Assembly: GCA_023389155.1 (NCBI GenBank)
Contig: JAEWEV010000035.1
Coordinates: forward strand, 85,866 to 149,865
From: Pseudomonadota bacterium
Lineage (GTDB): Bacteria; Pseudomonadota; Gammaproteobacteria; Burkholderiales; Burkholderiaceae_B
Length of the DNA stretch: 64,000 bases
Direction: 5' to 3'
Below, in pieces: positions 40,405 to 50,701 of this stretch (positions are counted from its first letter, which is position 1; the number at the start of each line of letters is the position of its first letter). The position numbers were made by a program, and so were the translations under genes. The notes under the pieces were generated by a model. That model saw only the letters and a list, made by a program, of their open reading frames with translations, was not told the origin of the DNA and searched no databases.

Positions 40405-41964
40405 TCAGGTAACGGGCGCTGGGTTAAACAGCACCAGTGAATTGTGCAAGCGGAGCTTTTCTGCACAGGACTGTTTACGGCCACTGGCAATATCGATCAT
40501 CAGGTCAAACATTTGCTGCCCCACCTCTTCGATGGTGGCCCTTCCCGTGGCGATACTTCCGGCATTAACATCCATCAGATCGAACCAGCGCCGCGCCAGA
40601 CTGTCGCGGGTTGCCACCTTGATCACGGGGACCGCGGCCAGCCCGTAAGGAGTTCCTCTGCCGGTGGTAAACACGTGCAGATTCATGCCTGCAGCCAACT
40701 GAAGCGTGCCACAAATGAAATCACTTGCAGGAGTCGCCAGGAAATTGAGTCCTTTATGCCTGGCACGCTCGCCGGGTGCAATCACACCCTCAATGGGCGT
40801 GGTCCCCGACTTGACGATCGAACCCATCGCCTTTTCAACGATATTGGACAGCCCGCCGCGTTTATTGCCGGGGCTGGTATTTGCGCTGCGATCGGCACCA
40901 CCCTGCTTCAGATAAGTGTCATACCACTGCATTTCACGCAACAGTTCCCGGGCAATGTCCGGGGTCGCTGCGCGTGCCGTGAGTTGGGCGATTCCATCGC
41001 GTACCTCCGTCACCTCCGAGAACATGACCGTGGCCCCGGCACGCACCAGAAGATCGCTAGCGTATCCCACCGCCGGATTTGCCGTGATCCCTGAAAACGC
41101 ATCGCTGCCCCCGCATTGCACGCCCACGACAAGCGAGGAGACCGGACAGGGTTCGCGTTTGCGCAAGTTCAATTGAGCCAGCCGTCGGGCAGCCTTTTCC
41201 AGGATCGCGTCGATCATGCTTTCGAATCCAACGTTCTCTTCGTCCTGAAGCGTGACCAGATAAGGATCGTCCTGCGCTATCGGAATACTGCCGGCTGGAA
41301 ACATTTTGGCCGGTTGCAATTTCTCGCAGCCCAGGCTCACCAGCAGCACCTGTCCGCCAAAATTCGGATTCAGGCTCAGGTTGCGCAGGGTGCGAATTGG
41401 AATCTCGGCGTTTGGCGCATCAATGGCGACACCACAACCGTAACCATGTTCCAGATAGACGACGTCATCCACATTGGGATAACGGGGCAATAATTCCTCC
41501 CGTATGCGACGCACCGCAAATTCCACGACGCCGGTAACGCACTGCACCGTCGCGCTGATAGCCAGGATATTACGAGTTCCCACGCTGCCATCCGCATTAC
41601 GATAGCCGTCAAACGTCAGGCCGGTAAGGGGCTCTGCCCTGGCGGCATTGCGTGTAGCCAAGGGCAGCGCTTCCAGCGACGGGGCCACCGGCATACGCAG
41701 CATTGATTCATTAATCCAGCCGCCCGCTTCAATATCACAAAGTGCATAGCCTATGACAACGCCATAGCGGATCACAGCCTCGTCCTGAGCGATATTTTTC
41801 AGGGCCACTTTATGCCCCTGAGGGACGGCGGAACGCAACACCAGGCCAGTCGGGAATGTTGCTCCCACGGGCAATCCACCTTCATTGACAACAATGGCCA
41901 CGTTATCTTCAGGACTGATCTGAATGTAGAGAGGGTCAGATAATACGCTAGTTTCCTGCTGCAT
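40405..41964 (-). CDS. garD: galactarate dehydratase (UxaA/GarD family)
   Basis: Trimmed to the ATG at 41964. The segments [35 protein letters not shown] and [22 protein letters not shown] match E. coli GarD as I recall it. Confidence 0.88.
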   Translation of the reverse strand: MQQETSVLSDPLYIQISPEDNVAIVVNEGGLPVGATFPTGLVLRSAVPQGHKVALKNIAQDEAVIRYGVVIGYALCDIEAGGWINESMLRMPVAPSLEALPLATRNAARAEPLTGLTFDGYRNADGSVGTRNILAISATVQCVTGVVEFAVRRIREELLPRYPNVDDVVYLEHGYGCGVAIDAPNAEIPIRTLRNLSLNPNFGGQVLLVSLGCEKLQPAKMFPAGSIPIAQDDPYLVTLQDEENVGFESMIDAILEKAARRLAQLNLRKREPCPVSSLVVGVQCGGSDAFSGITANPAVGYASDLLVRAGATVMFSEVTEVRDGIAQLTARAATPDIARELLREMQWYDTYLKQGGADRSANTSPGNKRGGLSNIVEKAMGSIVKSGTTPIEGVIAPGERARHKGLNFLATPASDFICGTLQLAAGMNLHVFTTGRGTPYGLAAVPVIKVATRDSLARRWFDLMDVNAGSIATGRATIEEVGQQMFDLMIDIASGRKQSCAEKLRLHNSLVLFNPAPVT

Positions 41965-42116
41965 AAATTTCACCGAAAATTGGGCAGAGACCGGTAGATG
42001 CCCCTGCACGGTTGAGCTCTGTGATAAACATCTTCCAGCCGGAAGACAAGTTTTGCAACTGCCAAGAATTCTTGATCCCCCGATCACATCTGCAATATGG
42101 TGGGGAACCCGTGTAC

Positions 42117-43031
42117 TTATTGCTGCGGCCCGAGCTTTTCGATCAGGGCCGCCAGCCTCGCGCTTTCTTCGCGGGTCAGATTGGTCAGGGGGGCACGCAC
42201 GCCTCCAGCATCATGGCCGACAAGTTTTGCACCTTCCTTGACAATGCTCACCGCGTAACCCTTGCAGCGATTCCGGATGGCCGAGTATGGAATAAAAAAC
42301 TCACTAAGCAGCCGGTCAACCTTTGCCTGGTCACCCTCTACAATAGCATGATAAAAATCCATTGCCGTTCTGGGAATGAAATTGAACACGGCTGAAGAAT
42401 AGACAGGCACGCCCAGCGCACGATAGGCGGCGGCATAGAATTCTGCTGTGGGCAAGCCGCCCAGATAGGAGAGCCGGTCACCCAGGCGCTGGCGAATGGT
42501 AACCATCAACTCAATATCACCAATGCCATCCTTGTACCCAATCAGGTTCGGGCAACGCTCAGCAAGCCTCTCCAGCTGGTCTGCACCGAGCCTGCACAAT
42601 GATCGGTTATAGACGATGACGCCCAGCCCCACCGCATTGCATACTTGCTCAACATGCAGTGCCACCCCCTCCTGGTCCGCCTCGGTCAGATAGTGAGGCA
42701 TCAGCAGCAATCCCTGGGCACCCGCTTTCTCTGCCTGCTGCGCATAGCGGATTGCAAGCCGCGTACCACCGCCCGCACCGGCAATAATGGGAACTTTGCC
42801 TCTGCACGTCTCTACCGCAGTCCGGATCACCTGCGTATATTCTTCGGGCTCCAGAGAAAAGAACTCCCCCGTTCCTCCTGCCGCAAACAGCGCGCTGGCA
42901 CCGAAAGGCGCCAGCCAGTCAAGTCGGCTGGCGTAGCCACTGGCATTGAAATTGCCCTCCTCATCAAAATCGGTAACGGGGAAGGACAGCAGCCCTTCAC
43001 TGACGGTCTGTTTCAATTCCTGTGGATTCAT
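42117..43031 (-). CDS. kdgD: 5-dehydro-4-deoxyglucarate dehydratase
   Basis: 304 aa. [50 protein letters not shown] is the typical KdgD (DapA-fold) N-terminus. Confidence 0.9.
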   Translation of the reverse strand: MNPQELKQTVSEGLLSFPVTDFDEEGNFNASGYASRLDWLAPFGASALFAAGGTGEFFSLEPEEYTQVIRTAVETCRGKVPIIAGAGGGTRLAIRYAQQAEKAGAQGLLLMPHYLTEADQEGVALHVEQVCNAVGLGVIVYNRSLCRLGADQLERLAERCPNLIGYKDGIGDIELMVTIRQRLGDRLSYLGGLPTAEFYAAAYRALGVPVYSSAVFNFIPRTAMDFYHAIVEGDQAKVDRLLSEFFIPYSAIRNRCKGYAVSIVKEGAKLVGHDAGGVRAPLTNLTREESARLAALIEKLGPQQ

Positions 43032-43485
43032 GGATACCCTGTCTATTAATTAAAAATAAAAACACAGTACGTGCGTCATTCAAGCAACATGAAGGCCTTG
43101 CCAACATCACCTATGTTGTATGACATCTTATTTCATTTGTCCATGTCAGACAAGAGCTTTCTTACGCGAAATTGAAATTATCCACCATGGCATTTGCAGT
43201 CAAATTACGCCAAATCAGGAAAAACCGGGCTTTCACCAGAGCCCTCACTCGTTCCATCTTTATTTCAACCGTGATTACCATTGCAAATATGAAGCGATTT
43301 CGTAAAATTCTCTGTACTGACATCGCTTCACAGTAAGATATCAGTCTGTTGGGAATCATGGCCCTTGCCCTGCGCCATATTATTTGAGCGCTATCATAAG
43401 TCGCCATCGACGTCCGGCGCCCGCTTTCCCGTCCAGGGCCAGAGCACTTCCTCTGCCCTGGCCTGACTTTCATTGATCACGGTTC

Positions 43486-44154
43486 ATGCTCAACAACGAA
43501 TTGTTTCCGCGCGAAGAATTTACACTGAATCAGAAGACGCTTTGTCGTATTCAGAATGATGTACGTAAGCTTTGTACCGCCAGCCAGTCTCACACCCCAC
43601 CAGACCGGGTGCTCTTTCACCGCTTCATGGAGTCTCCCGTTGGGCCAATGATCGCCATGGCGTCTGAAAAAGGTGTGATCCTGCTTGAATTTCTTGACAC
43701 CATGGACATGGTTGCTAAAGAAATCGACCAGTTGCGCATCCGGTATGGCTACTGTCTTAGCAGCAACGATCATCCGCATCTGACTACCGCGCAGCAGCAG
43801 CTGGAAGACTATTTTGCCGGCCGGCGACAGCAGTTTACGATCCCGCTTGATGCACCAGGGACGGCTTTTGACGTCACAGTCTGGGCGCACCTGCAACGCA
43901 TTCCCTTCGGCAGGACCTGCAGTTATGGGGATCTGGCACGAGAGATCGGCCAGGGTGCGCATGCACGTATCGTAGGCAGTGCAAACCATCGTAACCGCAT
44001 CAGTATTGTGATACCGTGCCATCGCGTCATCGGCGCAGACGGCAGCCTGACCGGGTATGGTGGCGGATTGCCGCGCAAGCGCTGGCTTCTTGAGTTCGAA
44101 AGCATGCATGCCGCAGATACAGGAATGCGCCAGCCCCACTTTGAGGCAAGATAG
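43486..44154 (+). CDS. ogt: methylated-DNA--protein-cysteine methyltransferase
   Basis: Active site IVIPCHRVIGADGSLTGYGGG. The N-terminal ~45 aa may be upstream of the true start; an alternative ATG lies at 43627. Confidence 0.85.
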   Translation: MLNNELFPREEFTLNQKTLCRIQNDVRKLCTASQSHTPPDRVLFHRFMESPVGPMIAMASEKGVILLEFLDTMDMVAKEIDQLRIRYGYCLSSNDHPHLTTAQQQLEDYFAGRRQQFTIPLDAPGTAFDVTVWAHLQRIPFGRTCSYGDLAREIGQGAHARIVGSANHRNRISIVIPCHRVIGADGSLTGYGGGLPRKRWLLEFESMHAADTGMRQPHFEAR

Positions 44155-44277
44155 AGACATGACATCCAAAAATTCTGTCTCGTACACGGCCATCCCGACA
44201 GTAACGCTTAGGACTTCGTACATCACGATAGGACGGCATCGCCGCGGCACTGCTTTCCCTGACCGGGAATCTCTTTT

Positions 44278-45810
44278 ATGAACATGGCATGGCTGAGCAG
44301 CGATCTGTTCTGGAATACGCTGTGGGGGATCTATATTCTCGTTCTTGGTTCGTGGGTTGTGCTGCAAAAGCGCCCCCCCGTGTCCACTCTCACCTGGATT
44401 CTGTTCCTGAGCTTTGTACCTGTTTTCGGATTCGTGATTTATTATTTCTTCGGCCCGAAGAAAATCTCGCGCAACAAAATTAACCGCAGTATCAGCAAGC
44501 ATCTGATTGAGCGCGACGATGCCCTGTGGAACGTGCGGATACAGCCCTCCGACCTGACCGAACAACAAAGCTCGATTCACGATTTATCTCTGCAAATCAC
44601 GCATTACCCTCTGAGTTACGCAACAAGCTATCAGCTCCTTTCTGGTGGCCAGAAAACCTACGACCGCATTTTCGCGGCCGTGAGTGAAGCGCAATATTAT
44701 ATTTTCCTTGAATACTATATTTTTGAACAGGATCAGACCGGAACAACCTTGCGCGATCTGCTGATAGAACGGGCGAAAAACGGCGTCAAAGTATATCTGA
44801 TTGCCGATGCCATCGGCTCACTGAGGCTGAACCGTCGCTTCATGCGTCCGCTGATCGAAGCCGGCGCGAAACTGACATTCTTCCATGACATCAGTCTGAG
44901 GCACCTGCTGTCGTTCATGAATCTTCGCAACCACCGAAAGATTGTCATTTGTGATGGCACGGTTGCCTTTACCGGCGGCATCAATATCAGTGACCAACAG
45001 GACCGACGACGTAATAAGCGGGCCTTTCACGACATTCATCTCGAACTCAGCGGCCCGGTCGTGTCATGGCTGGAAACGATTTTTGTGGAGGACTGGCATT
45101 ATTCCACCCGTGACCTTTCCATTCGCCATATGCTGCGAGAACATTATCGCGACCGGCTCGAACGCATGCAGGAACAGACCGAAGAAGACGCGCGCAAGAA
45201 TCCGGCGACGACCCGCCTTGCCAGTGATGACGACCAGCAGGAGAACGTTCCGGCCAAACAGGAACCACGCTGGATACGCACCCAGATCATCCCATCCGGC
45301 CCCGACTTCGACTATGCCTCTATTCTTCGCGTGACAGTGGACGCCATCCAGAATTCGCGGCACCGAGTCTATCTGACGACACCCTACTTTGTCCCGGATG
45401 CCACCTCAGCGCAGGCACTGACTTCCGCGGCGCTGCGTGGCGTCGATGTGCGCATTCTGCTGCCACGACGCACCGACAATTACGTTGTGACCAAGGCCGC
45501 CCAATCCTGGTTCGACGATCTGGTTGCCGCCGGCATTCGCGTGTTTGAATATGGCCCGCGCATGCTGCACACCAAAGCGATGATTGTAGATGATGATATC
45601 TCGTTTATCGGTTCAGCCAATTTCGACAATCGCAGCTTTTATCTGAATTTCGAAGTAAGCGTAGTTTGCTACGAGCGGGAGGCAAATCAGGCACTACTCG
45701 AAGAATTCAACGATTCCATGAGGTTTGCCGAAGAAGTGCAACTGGTGCATCAATCATTTTTCTCACGCCTGAGCAAAGCAATCGCACGCCTGTTTTCGCC
45801 GCTGCTCTGA
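44278..45810 (+). CDS. cls: cardiolipin synthase (two HKD/PLD motifs)
   Basis: Two N-terminal TM helices. HKD motifs NHRKIVICDG and LHTKAMIVDD..GSANFD. Confidence 0.9.
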   Translation: MNMAWLSSDLFWNTLWGIYILVLGSWVVLQKRPPVSTLTWILFLSFVPVFGFVIYYFFGPKKISRNKINRSISKHLIERDDALWNVRIQPSDLTEQQSSIHDLSLQITHYPLSYATSYQLLSGGQKTYDRIFAAVSEAQYYIFLEYYIFEQDQTGTTLRDLLIERAKNGVKVYLIADAIGSLRLNRRFMRPLIEAGAKLTFFHDISLRHLLSFMNLRNHRKIVICDGTVAFTGGINISDQQDRRRNKRAFHDIHLELSGPVVSWLETIFVEDWHYSTRDLSIRHMLREHYRDRLERMQEQTEEDARKNPATTRLASDDDQQENVPAKQEPRWIRTQIIPSGPDFDYASILRVTVDAIQNSRHRVYLTTPYFVPDATSAQALTSAALRGVDVRILLPRRTDNYVVTKAAQSWFDDLVAAGIRVFEYGPRMLHTKAMIVDDDISFIGSANFDNRSFYLNFEVSVVCYEREANQALLEEFNDSMRFAEEVQLVHQSFFSRLSKAIARLFSPLL

Positions 45811-45909
45811 CCCGCGGTGTTCGTGTCTCAAGCCTGCTGCCTTCCCTGTAAGGCAATCGTCACCGTGGTAACCTATACTTTTCCTTTCCACGTATGAGAT
45901 GGCCTAATT

Positions 45910-46494
45910 ATGTCTGCTGATTCATCCAACATATCTGCCGCGAGCAATACGTCCGATGCGGCCCTTACTGAAACCCTTCAGGAAAGCACCTTTATTTTTG
46001 AAGGGAACATCATCAAGGTTACCGTCGATACGGTAGTGCTTCCCAACGGAAAGACGGCAACCCGCGAAGTGGTTCGTCACTGCGGTGCCGTGGCCGTTCT
46101 TGCCATTACGCCTGAAGACCAGGCGATTCTGGTCAGGCAGTTTCGCCATCCGACGGGCGGGCCCTTGCTGGAAATTCCGGCCGGCAAACTGGATGTGGAA
46201 AACGAGCCGCCTGAACAGTGCGCTTTCCGCGAACTGGCCGAAGAGACCCCCTATACAGCGGGTGGCATGACGCTGCTGCACAGTTTTTATACTGCGCCGG
46301 GTTTCTGTGACGAATTGATGTATGTATTTCGTGCAGAAGGCGTTCGCAAAGACAGCACGCTGAATGCTGACGATGACGAATTTGTGCAGACAGTGCTGAT
46401 GAGTCGCGATCAAGTACGCGAGGCCATCGCGAAACAGGAAATTCGCGATGCCAAGACGCTGGTGGCATTGCAGACGTGGTTACTGGAAAAGTAA
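45910..46494 (+). CDS. nudF: ADP-ribose pyrophosphatase-type NUDIX hydrolase
   Basis: 194 aa. Contains ..EIPAGKLD..EPPEQCAFRELAEETPY (Nudix box). The architecture is NudF-like. Confidence 0.75.
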   Translation: MSADSSNISAASNTSDAALTETLQESTFIFEGNIIKVTVDTVVLPNGKTATREVVRHCGAVAVLAITPEDQAILVRQFRHPTGGPLLEIPAGKLDVENEPPEQCAFRELAEETPYTAGGMTLLHSFYTAPGFCDELMYVFRAEGVRKDSTLNADDDEFVQTVLMSRDQVREAIAKQEIRDAKTLVALQTWLLEK

Positions 46495-46511
46495 AGGGTA
46501 TGCGCTGACCG

Positions 46512-47645
46512 TCAGGGAGACAGACCCACGCTGCCAATATCATCCGGACTGGACAGGCTGAGCAACTTGGTTTCTTTTTGCGCCAGCCGTACACCCGCCG
46601 TTGCGAAAATAAAGCCGCTTACCGGCGCGTTTACCGGCGTCACAGTCAGCGCAACCGGGTCCACGATCTCAGCCAGCAACTGACCCTGTTCCACCCACTC
46701 CCCGGCCTTCACGTAATAGACCGCAATACCCGAACATGGCGTTACCACATAGGCCAGCCCCCCCAGCGGATGCGGCTCACAACGCAGTGGTGGCATGGGC
46801 TGCACTTCAGCTTCGGGCAATTGCAGATAGCCCTGCTGATGCAAATACTGTACCAAGGCGTTGGCGTCATGCTCGGCAAACGCGTGAGTCAGATCCCGAT
46901 CTCCACGCAATTCGACCGTTGCAGCGAAACACGCCAGCGGAATATCGGCCTCGGGATACACGCTCTGCAACTTCAGCCAGGGAGTAGATACCATTTCGTC
47001 AAACGAACAGGACAGCGAATCTTCGGCCAGCAGCTGGCATTCGCTTTGCAGATAGCGGGCCAGGGGTTCGCAGCGATCCCAGACCTGCGGCAACGAATAA
47101 ACATGCATGACCGCACGATTATCACAGTGCAGATCCAGCACGACATCAGCATCGCATGCCATCTTCAGCAGTGTCACATGCAGTTCGTCAATCAGACGCG
47201 ACGGGGTAAATGCATCCAGCACCATCCGCATTTGCTCGCGAATCAGCTTGCGGTTGGCATGACTATCGGCACCGGGTTTGACGCTGCTTTGCTGCAGTGC
47301 TGTCAGTAAATCGTCGTAGAGTGGAATGCCGGTAAGCCGATTGAAATTCTGCCCCGTCGGCAGCTGGAAACGACCGATGTGTTCATAAAAAAGGGTTTGT
47401 GACAGCCCGATGGGATTGCACAACGGCACCAGAATGATTTCACAGTTGAGTGCATTTTGCTTTTCCAGCTCCTGCAGACGGCGATTCAGATGAAAGGCTG
47501 CCAGTGATCCCGGGAGTTCGTCGGCGTGCAGGCTGGCCTGTATGTAGACTTTTCTTCCGGTATCCGTCGGCCCAAAATGAAAGGCGTTGATTTCAAATAA
47601 CGTTCCCGGGGCGCTCAGGGACAAAACGTGTTTTTCATGCCGCAT
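46512..47645 (-). CDS. succinylglutamate desuccinylase/aspartoacylase (AstE/AspA, M14-like) family protein
   Basis: 377 aa. Contains ..YIQASLHADELPG.. plus a C-terminal barrel-like part. Its ATG overlaps the upstream permease stop by 1 nt (TAATG). Confidence 0.7.
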   Translation of the reverse strand: MRHEKHVLSLSAPGTLFEINAFHFGPTDTGRKVYIQASLHADELPGSLAAFHLNRRLQELEKQNALNCEIILVPLCNPIGLSQTLFYEHIGRFQLPTGQNFNRLTGIPLYDDLLTALQQSSVKPGADSHANRKLIREQMRMVLDAFTPSRLIDELHVTLLKMACDADVVLDLHCDNRAVMHVYSLPQVWDRCEPLARYLQSECQLLAEDSLSCSFDEMVSTPWLKLQSVYPEADIPLACFAATVELRGDRDLTHAFAEHDANALVQYLHQQGYLQLPEAEVQPMPPLRCEPHPLGGLAYVVTPCSGIAVYYVKAGEWVEQGQLLAEIVDPVALTVTPVNAPVSGFIFATAGVRLAQKETKLLSLSSPDDIGSVGLSP

Positions 47646-48367
47646 TATGCTTCTGCCAGATGTCGATAATTTAGATGAACCAGATACCGCTGCTCAATCT
47701 TTCGGAAAATGTAAACCAGCGCGAAATTGAGCACCAGATAAATACAGGCCGCTGCCGAATAGGCGATGAACGGCTGGTAGGTATTCGTCACGAAAAGGCT
47801 GGCCGCACCGGTGATTTCCATCATGGCCACTGTGGATGCCAGTGCCGTCGAATGCATGGTCATAATGACTTCATTGCTGTAGGCAGGAAGTGCACGACGC
47901 AGGCTGGAAGGAAGAATTATCCGGCGCATCGCATTGCGGCGATTCATGCCGAAGGCCCTTGCCGCATCGATTTCGCCCCGGTCGGTATTTTTGATTGCGC
48001 CGGAGAAAATCACAGTTGAATATGCTGCCGTATTCAGTGTGAGGGCGACCAGCACCCAGATAAATCCTTCCTTCAGAAATCCGAAGCCCGGCTGGGACAT
48101 CAACTGGCCCACAAAGTGAAAACTTGGGATACCGTAATAAATGATGTAAATCTGGACCAGTAACGGCGTACCTGTAAAGAAATACGTAAAAGCGTGGACC
48201 AGACGCGCGCCCAGCGTACGTTGGCGCTGATGAATAACTGACATCGGAATGGCCATACAGAGTCCGATGGCAACCGAAATAGCCGTCAGAACCAGGGTCA
48301 GCGGCGCTGCCCGAAGGCAGGTGACGATAGCGTCAAAAAACAGGGAAAGCGTCTCAGACATGGGCAT
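47645..48367 (-). CDS. hisM: polar amino-acid ABC transporter permease (HisM/AotM-like)
   Basis: 240 aa. The EAA-loop region is IDAARAFGMNRRNAMRRIILP. Confidence 0.8.
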   Translation of the reverse strand: MPMSETLSLFFDAIVTCLRAAPLTLVLTAISVAIGLCMAIPMSVIHQRQRTLGARLVHAFTYFFTGTPLLVQIYIIYYGIPSFHFVGQLMSQPGFGFLKEGFIWVLVALTLNTAAYSTVIFSGAIKNTDRGEIDAARAFGMNRRNAMRRIILPSSLRRALPAYSNEVIMTMHSTALASTVAMMEITGAASLFVTNTYQPFIAYSAAACIYLVLNFALVYIFRKIEQRYLVHLNYRHLAEA

Positions 48368-49073
48368 TCTCTTGAGTAAAGCCGCGTTGATAATGCCTGT
48401 CCAGATAGCGGAATACGTAGAGTGATACCGTTGTCAACAGCAGAAACAGCAAGGCCGAGACCGTATTGAACACAAAAGGAAGATGGGTGGCGCTGCCGGC
48501 CTGCTGAGCAATGCGCGTCATGTCGTCCAGGCCGATGATGGAGACCAGGGCCGTGGCCTTGGTCAGCACCAGCCAGTTGTTGCGCACACTGGGGAGCGCA
48601 TAGCGCATCATCAATGGAAACGTAATGCGACGCATCACCTGCATGCTTCGCATCCCGTAGGCATGTCCGGCCTCGATCTGCCCGTAGGGAATGGCCATGA
48701 TGGCCCCCCTGAAGGTTTCGGTGAAATACGCACCGAAGATGAATGAGAGTGTCAGCACGCCAGCGGCAAAAGGACTGATCTCAAAATAATCCAGGTCCCA
48801 GGCCTCAGTCAGGGCATTGATCCCGATTTGCGCGCTGTAGTAAACCATCAGCATCCAGATCAGATCGGGCACGCCACGTACAACACTGGAGTACAGCTTG
48901 CCGATTCTGGCGAACAGGCGGTTGCGTGATAGCCGCATGTTGGCACCGACCAGTCCTATCAGTACAGAGAAGACGAGCGACAGCACCGCGATTTCCAGGG
49001 TCAGCACCGCGCCTTGCAGAATGCGTGGCAGATACTGACCAATCAGATTTATTTCTTCCATCCTGTTTCCCAT
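48354..49073 (-). CDS. hisQ: polar amino-acid ABC transporter permease (HisQ/AotQ-like)
   Basis: 239 aa. The EAA-loop region is IEAGHAYGMRSMQVMRRITFP. An alternative start lies at 49061. Confidence 0.8.
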   Translation of the reverse strand: MGNRMEEINLIGQYLPRILQGAVLTLEIAVLSLVFSVLIGLVGANMRLSRNRLFARIGKLYSSVVRGVPDLIWMLMVYYSAQIGINALTEAWDLDYFEISPFAAGVLTLSFIFGAYFTETFRGAIMAIPYGQIEAGHAYGMRSMQVMRRITFPLMMRYALPSVRNNWLVLTKATALVSIIGLDDMTRIAQQAGSATHLPFVFNTVSALLFLLLTTVSLYVFRYLDRHYQRGFTQENAHV

Positions 49074-49492
49074 AACATCGTTCGCCGCCGTGTTTTCAAC
49101 TGCACGTCCGGCCCGCCAAAAGCAGAAACGTCGGCGCGAACCAGGCAGCGACGTTGTTCGTCACATGTCTGGCAGGCCGACGCAAACCGGCGCAGTTGCA
49201 GGCGATTTTATCCGCAACATTGGCGTTTGCCGCCATTATATCCCGCCTGCAACTGAAATAAACCGCCCGTTTTCCCTTATCCGGCGTTCATGCCTGAGGG
49301 AAATTCCCTGTACATTTTCGCGCAGATGCTGTCATAATCTTCAGTCCAGATACCGCCAGCGGCGGTACGACTACCTTGCAACCGTAAGCAGGTTGAGCCG
49401 ATACCAACCCTGCGCAACGCGCGGGAACCCGGGGCCGACAGGCATGCCCGGCATCCGGCTGCAAACCAGGCTTACGTCATTTAGGAAGAATT

Positions 49493-50281
49493 ATGAACCT
49501 GAAAAAACATGTTTTCGGATTCGGTCTGTGTGCCATTGCACTGGCCGTTTCCACTTCGGCCGTTGCGGCGGGCAAAACCATCCGCTTCGGCACAGACGCA
49601 ACCTATGCGCCTTTCGAATCAACCAGTCCGTCGGGCGAGATTGTCGGATTCGACATTGATCTGGCCAAGGCTATGTGCGAAAAAATGCAGGTCAAGTGTA
49701 CATTCCAGAACCAGGGTTGGGATGGTATTATTCCTGCACTGCGCGCCAAAAAATTTGACGTGATTGCATCGTCCATGAGCATTACACCGGAACGCGCAAA
49801 AGCCGTCCTGTTTACCCAGAAAATCTGGACTACGCCGAATATGTTGGTCGCCAAGAAAGGGGCGAGCTACGCATCAACGGCTGAAGGCCTGAAAGGCGTG
49901 GATCTGGGCGTACAGCAAGGCACTATCCAGGATAAATACGCCACCAAGTATTTCAAGGATACCAGTATCAAGCGCTACAAAACGCTGGAAGATGCCTATA
50001 ACGACCTGACCACAGGGCGTGTTGCGGTTGTTTTTGCCGATGGCGGCGTGACCACCGAGTTCGTCAACAGTCCTGGCGGCAAGGATTTTCAGATTGTCGG
50101 AGACCCCATCCCCTCTTCTGCTGATCCGGAAATCTTTGGTCAGGGCACCGGCTTTGCTGTACGCAAAAACGATACTGAGCTCAAGGATAAACTGAACAAA
50201 GCCTTTGATGAAATCCGCAAGGATGGCACGTACCAGAAAATCGCAGACAAGTATTTCACATACGATATCTACGGCGGCTGA
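49493..50281 (+). CDS. periplasmic lysine/arginine/ornithine/histidine-type substrate-binding protein
   Basis: 262 aa with a signal peptide. IRFGTDATYAPFES..GFDIDLAKAMC is typical of the ArgT/HisJ family. Confidence 0.85.
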   Translation: MNLKKHVFGFGLCAIALAVSTSAVAAGKTIRFGTDATYAPFESTSPSGEIVGFDIDLAKAMCEKMQVKCTFQNQGWDGIIPALRAKKFDVIASSMSITPERAKAVLFTQKIWTTPNMLVAKKGASYASTAEGLKGVDLGVQQGTIQDKYATKYFKDTSIKRYKTLEDAYNDLTTGRVAVVFADGGVTTEFVNSPGGKDFQIVGDPIPSSADPEIFGQGTGFAVRKNDTELKDKLNKAFDEIRKDGTYQKIADKYFTYDIYGG

Positions 50282-50701
50282 TCTATCCCCGATTGTCATG
50301 TAGTCTCTCTTGCGATAAGGCGTCTTATCGCAAGATTCGGAGCCCTCCCTCTGCACGCCACACCCAGGAACGGATATTGCATCCGTCATTGGAGCGACTA
50401 GCGAAAGCGGACGGTTTTTTATTATTGACTGCCGCTGTCACGCTGCTGTCAAAATCCAGCCAGGTCCACGCCCAACAATCTCAGCACCTCAGCACTTCTG
50501 CACCTCTCTGCAATTTTCACCGCCTCTCTTCAATCCCATTACTTCCTCTAAAATCCTATAACTTTCGTTAAAAGTGATGCATTTAGCAAAAAACTAAAAT
50601 TGCATCATCCTTCTTGTCTGCGTAGCATACGTCACATAGTCCCACTCAGTTGCTGTCACTGCATGCGCAAATGACGGTAACGAAACGACAAGGAAACGAT
50701 T

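Noticed and set aside
43477-44580. 367-aa minus-strand ORF
   Set aside because: It is antisense to ogt (PCHRV active site) and to the start of cls. It has no recognisable motif.
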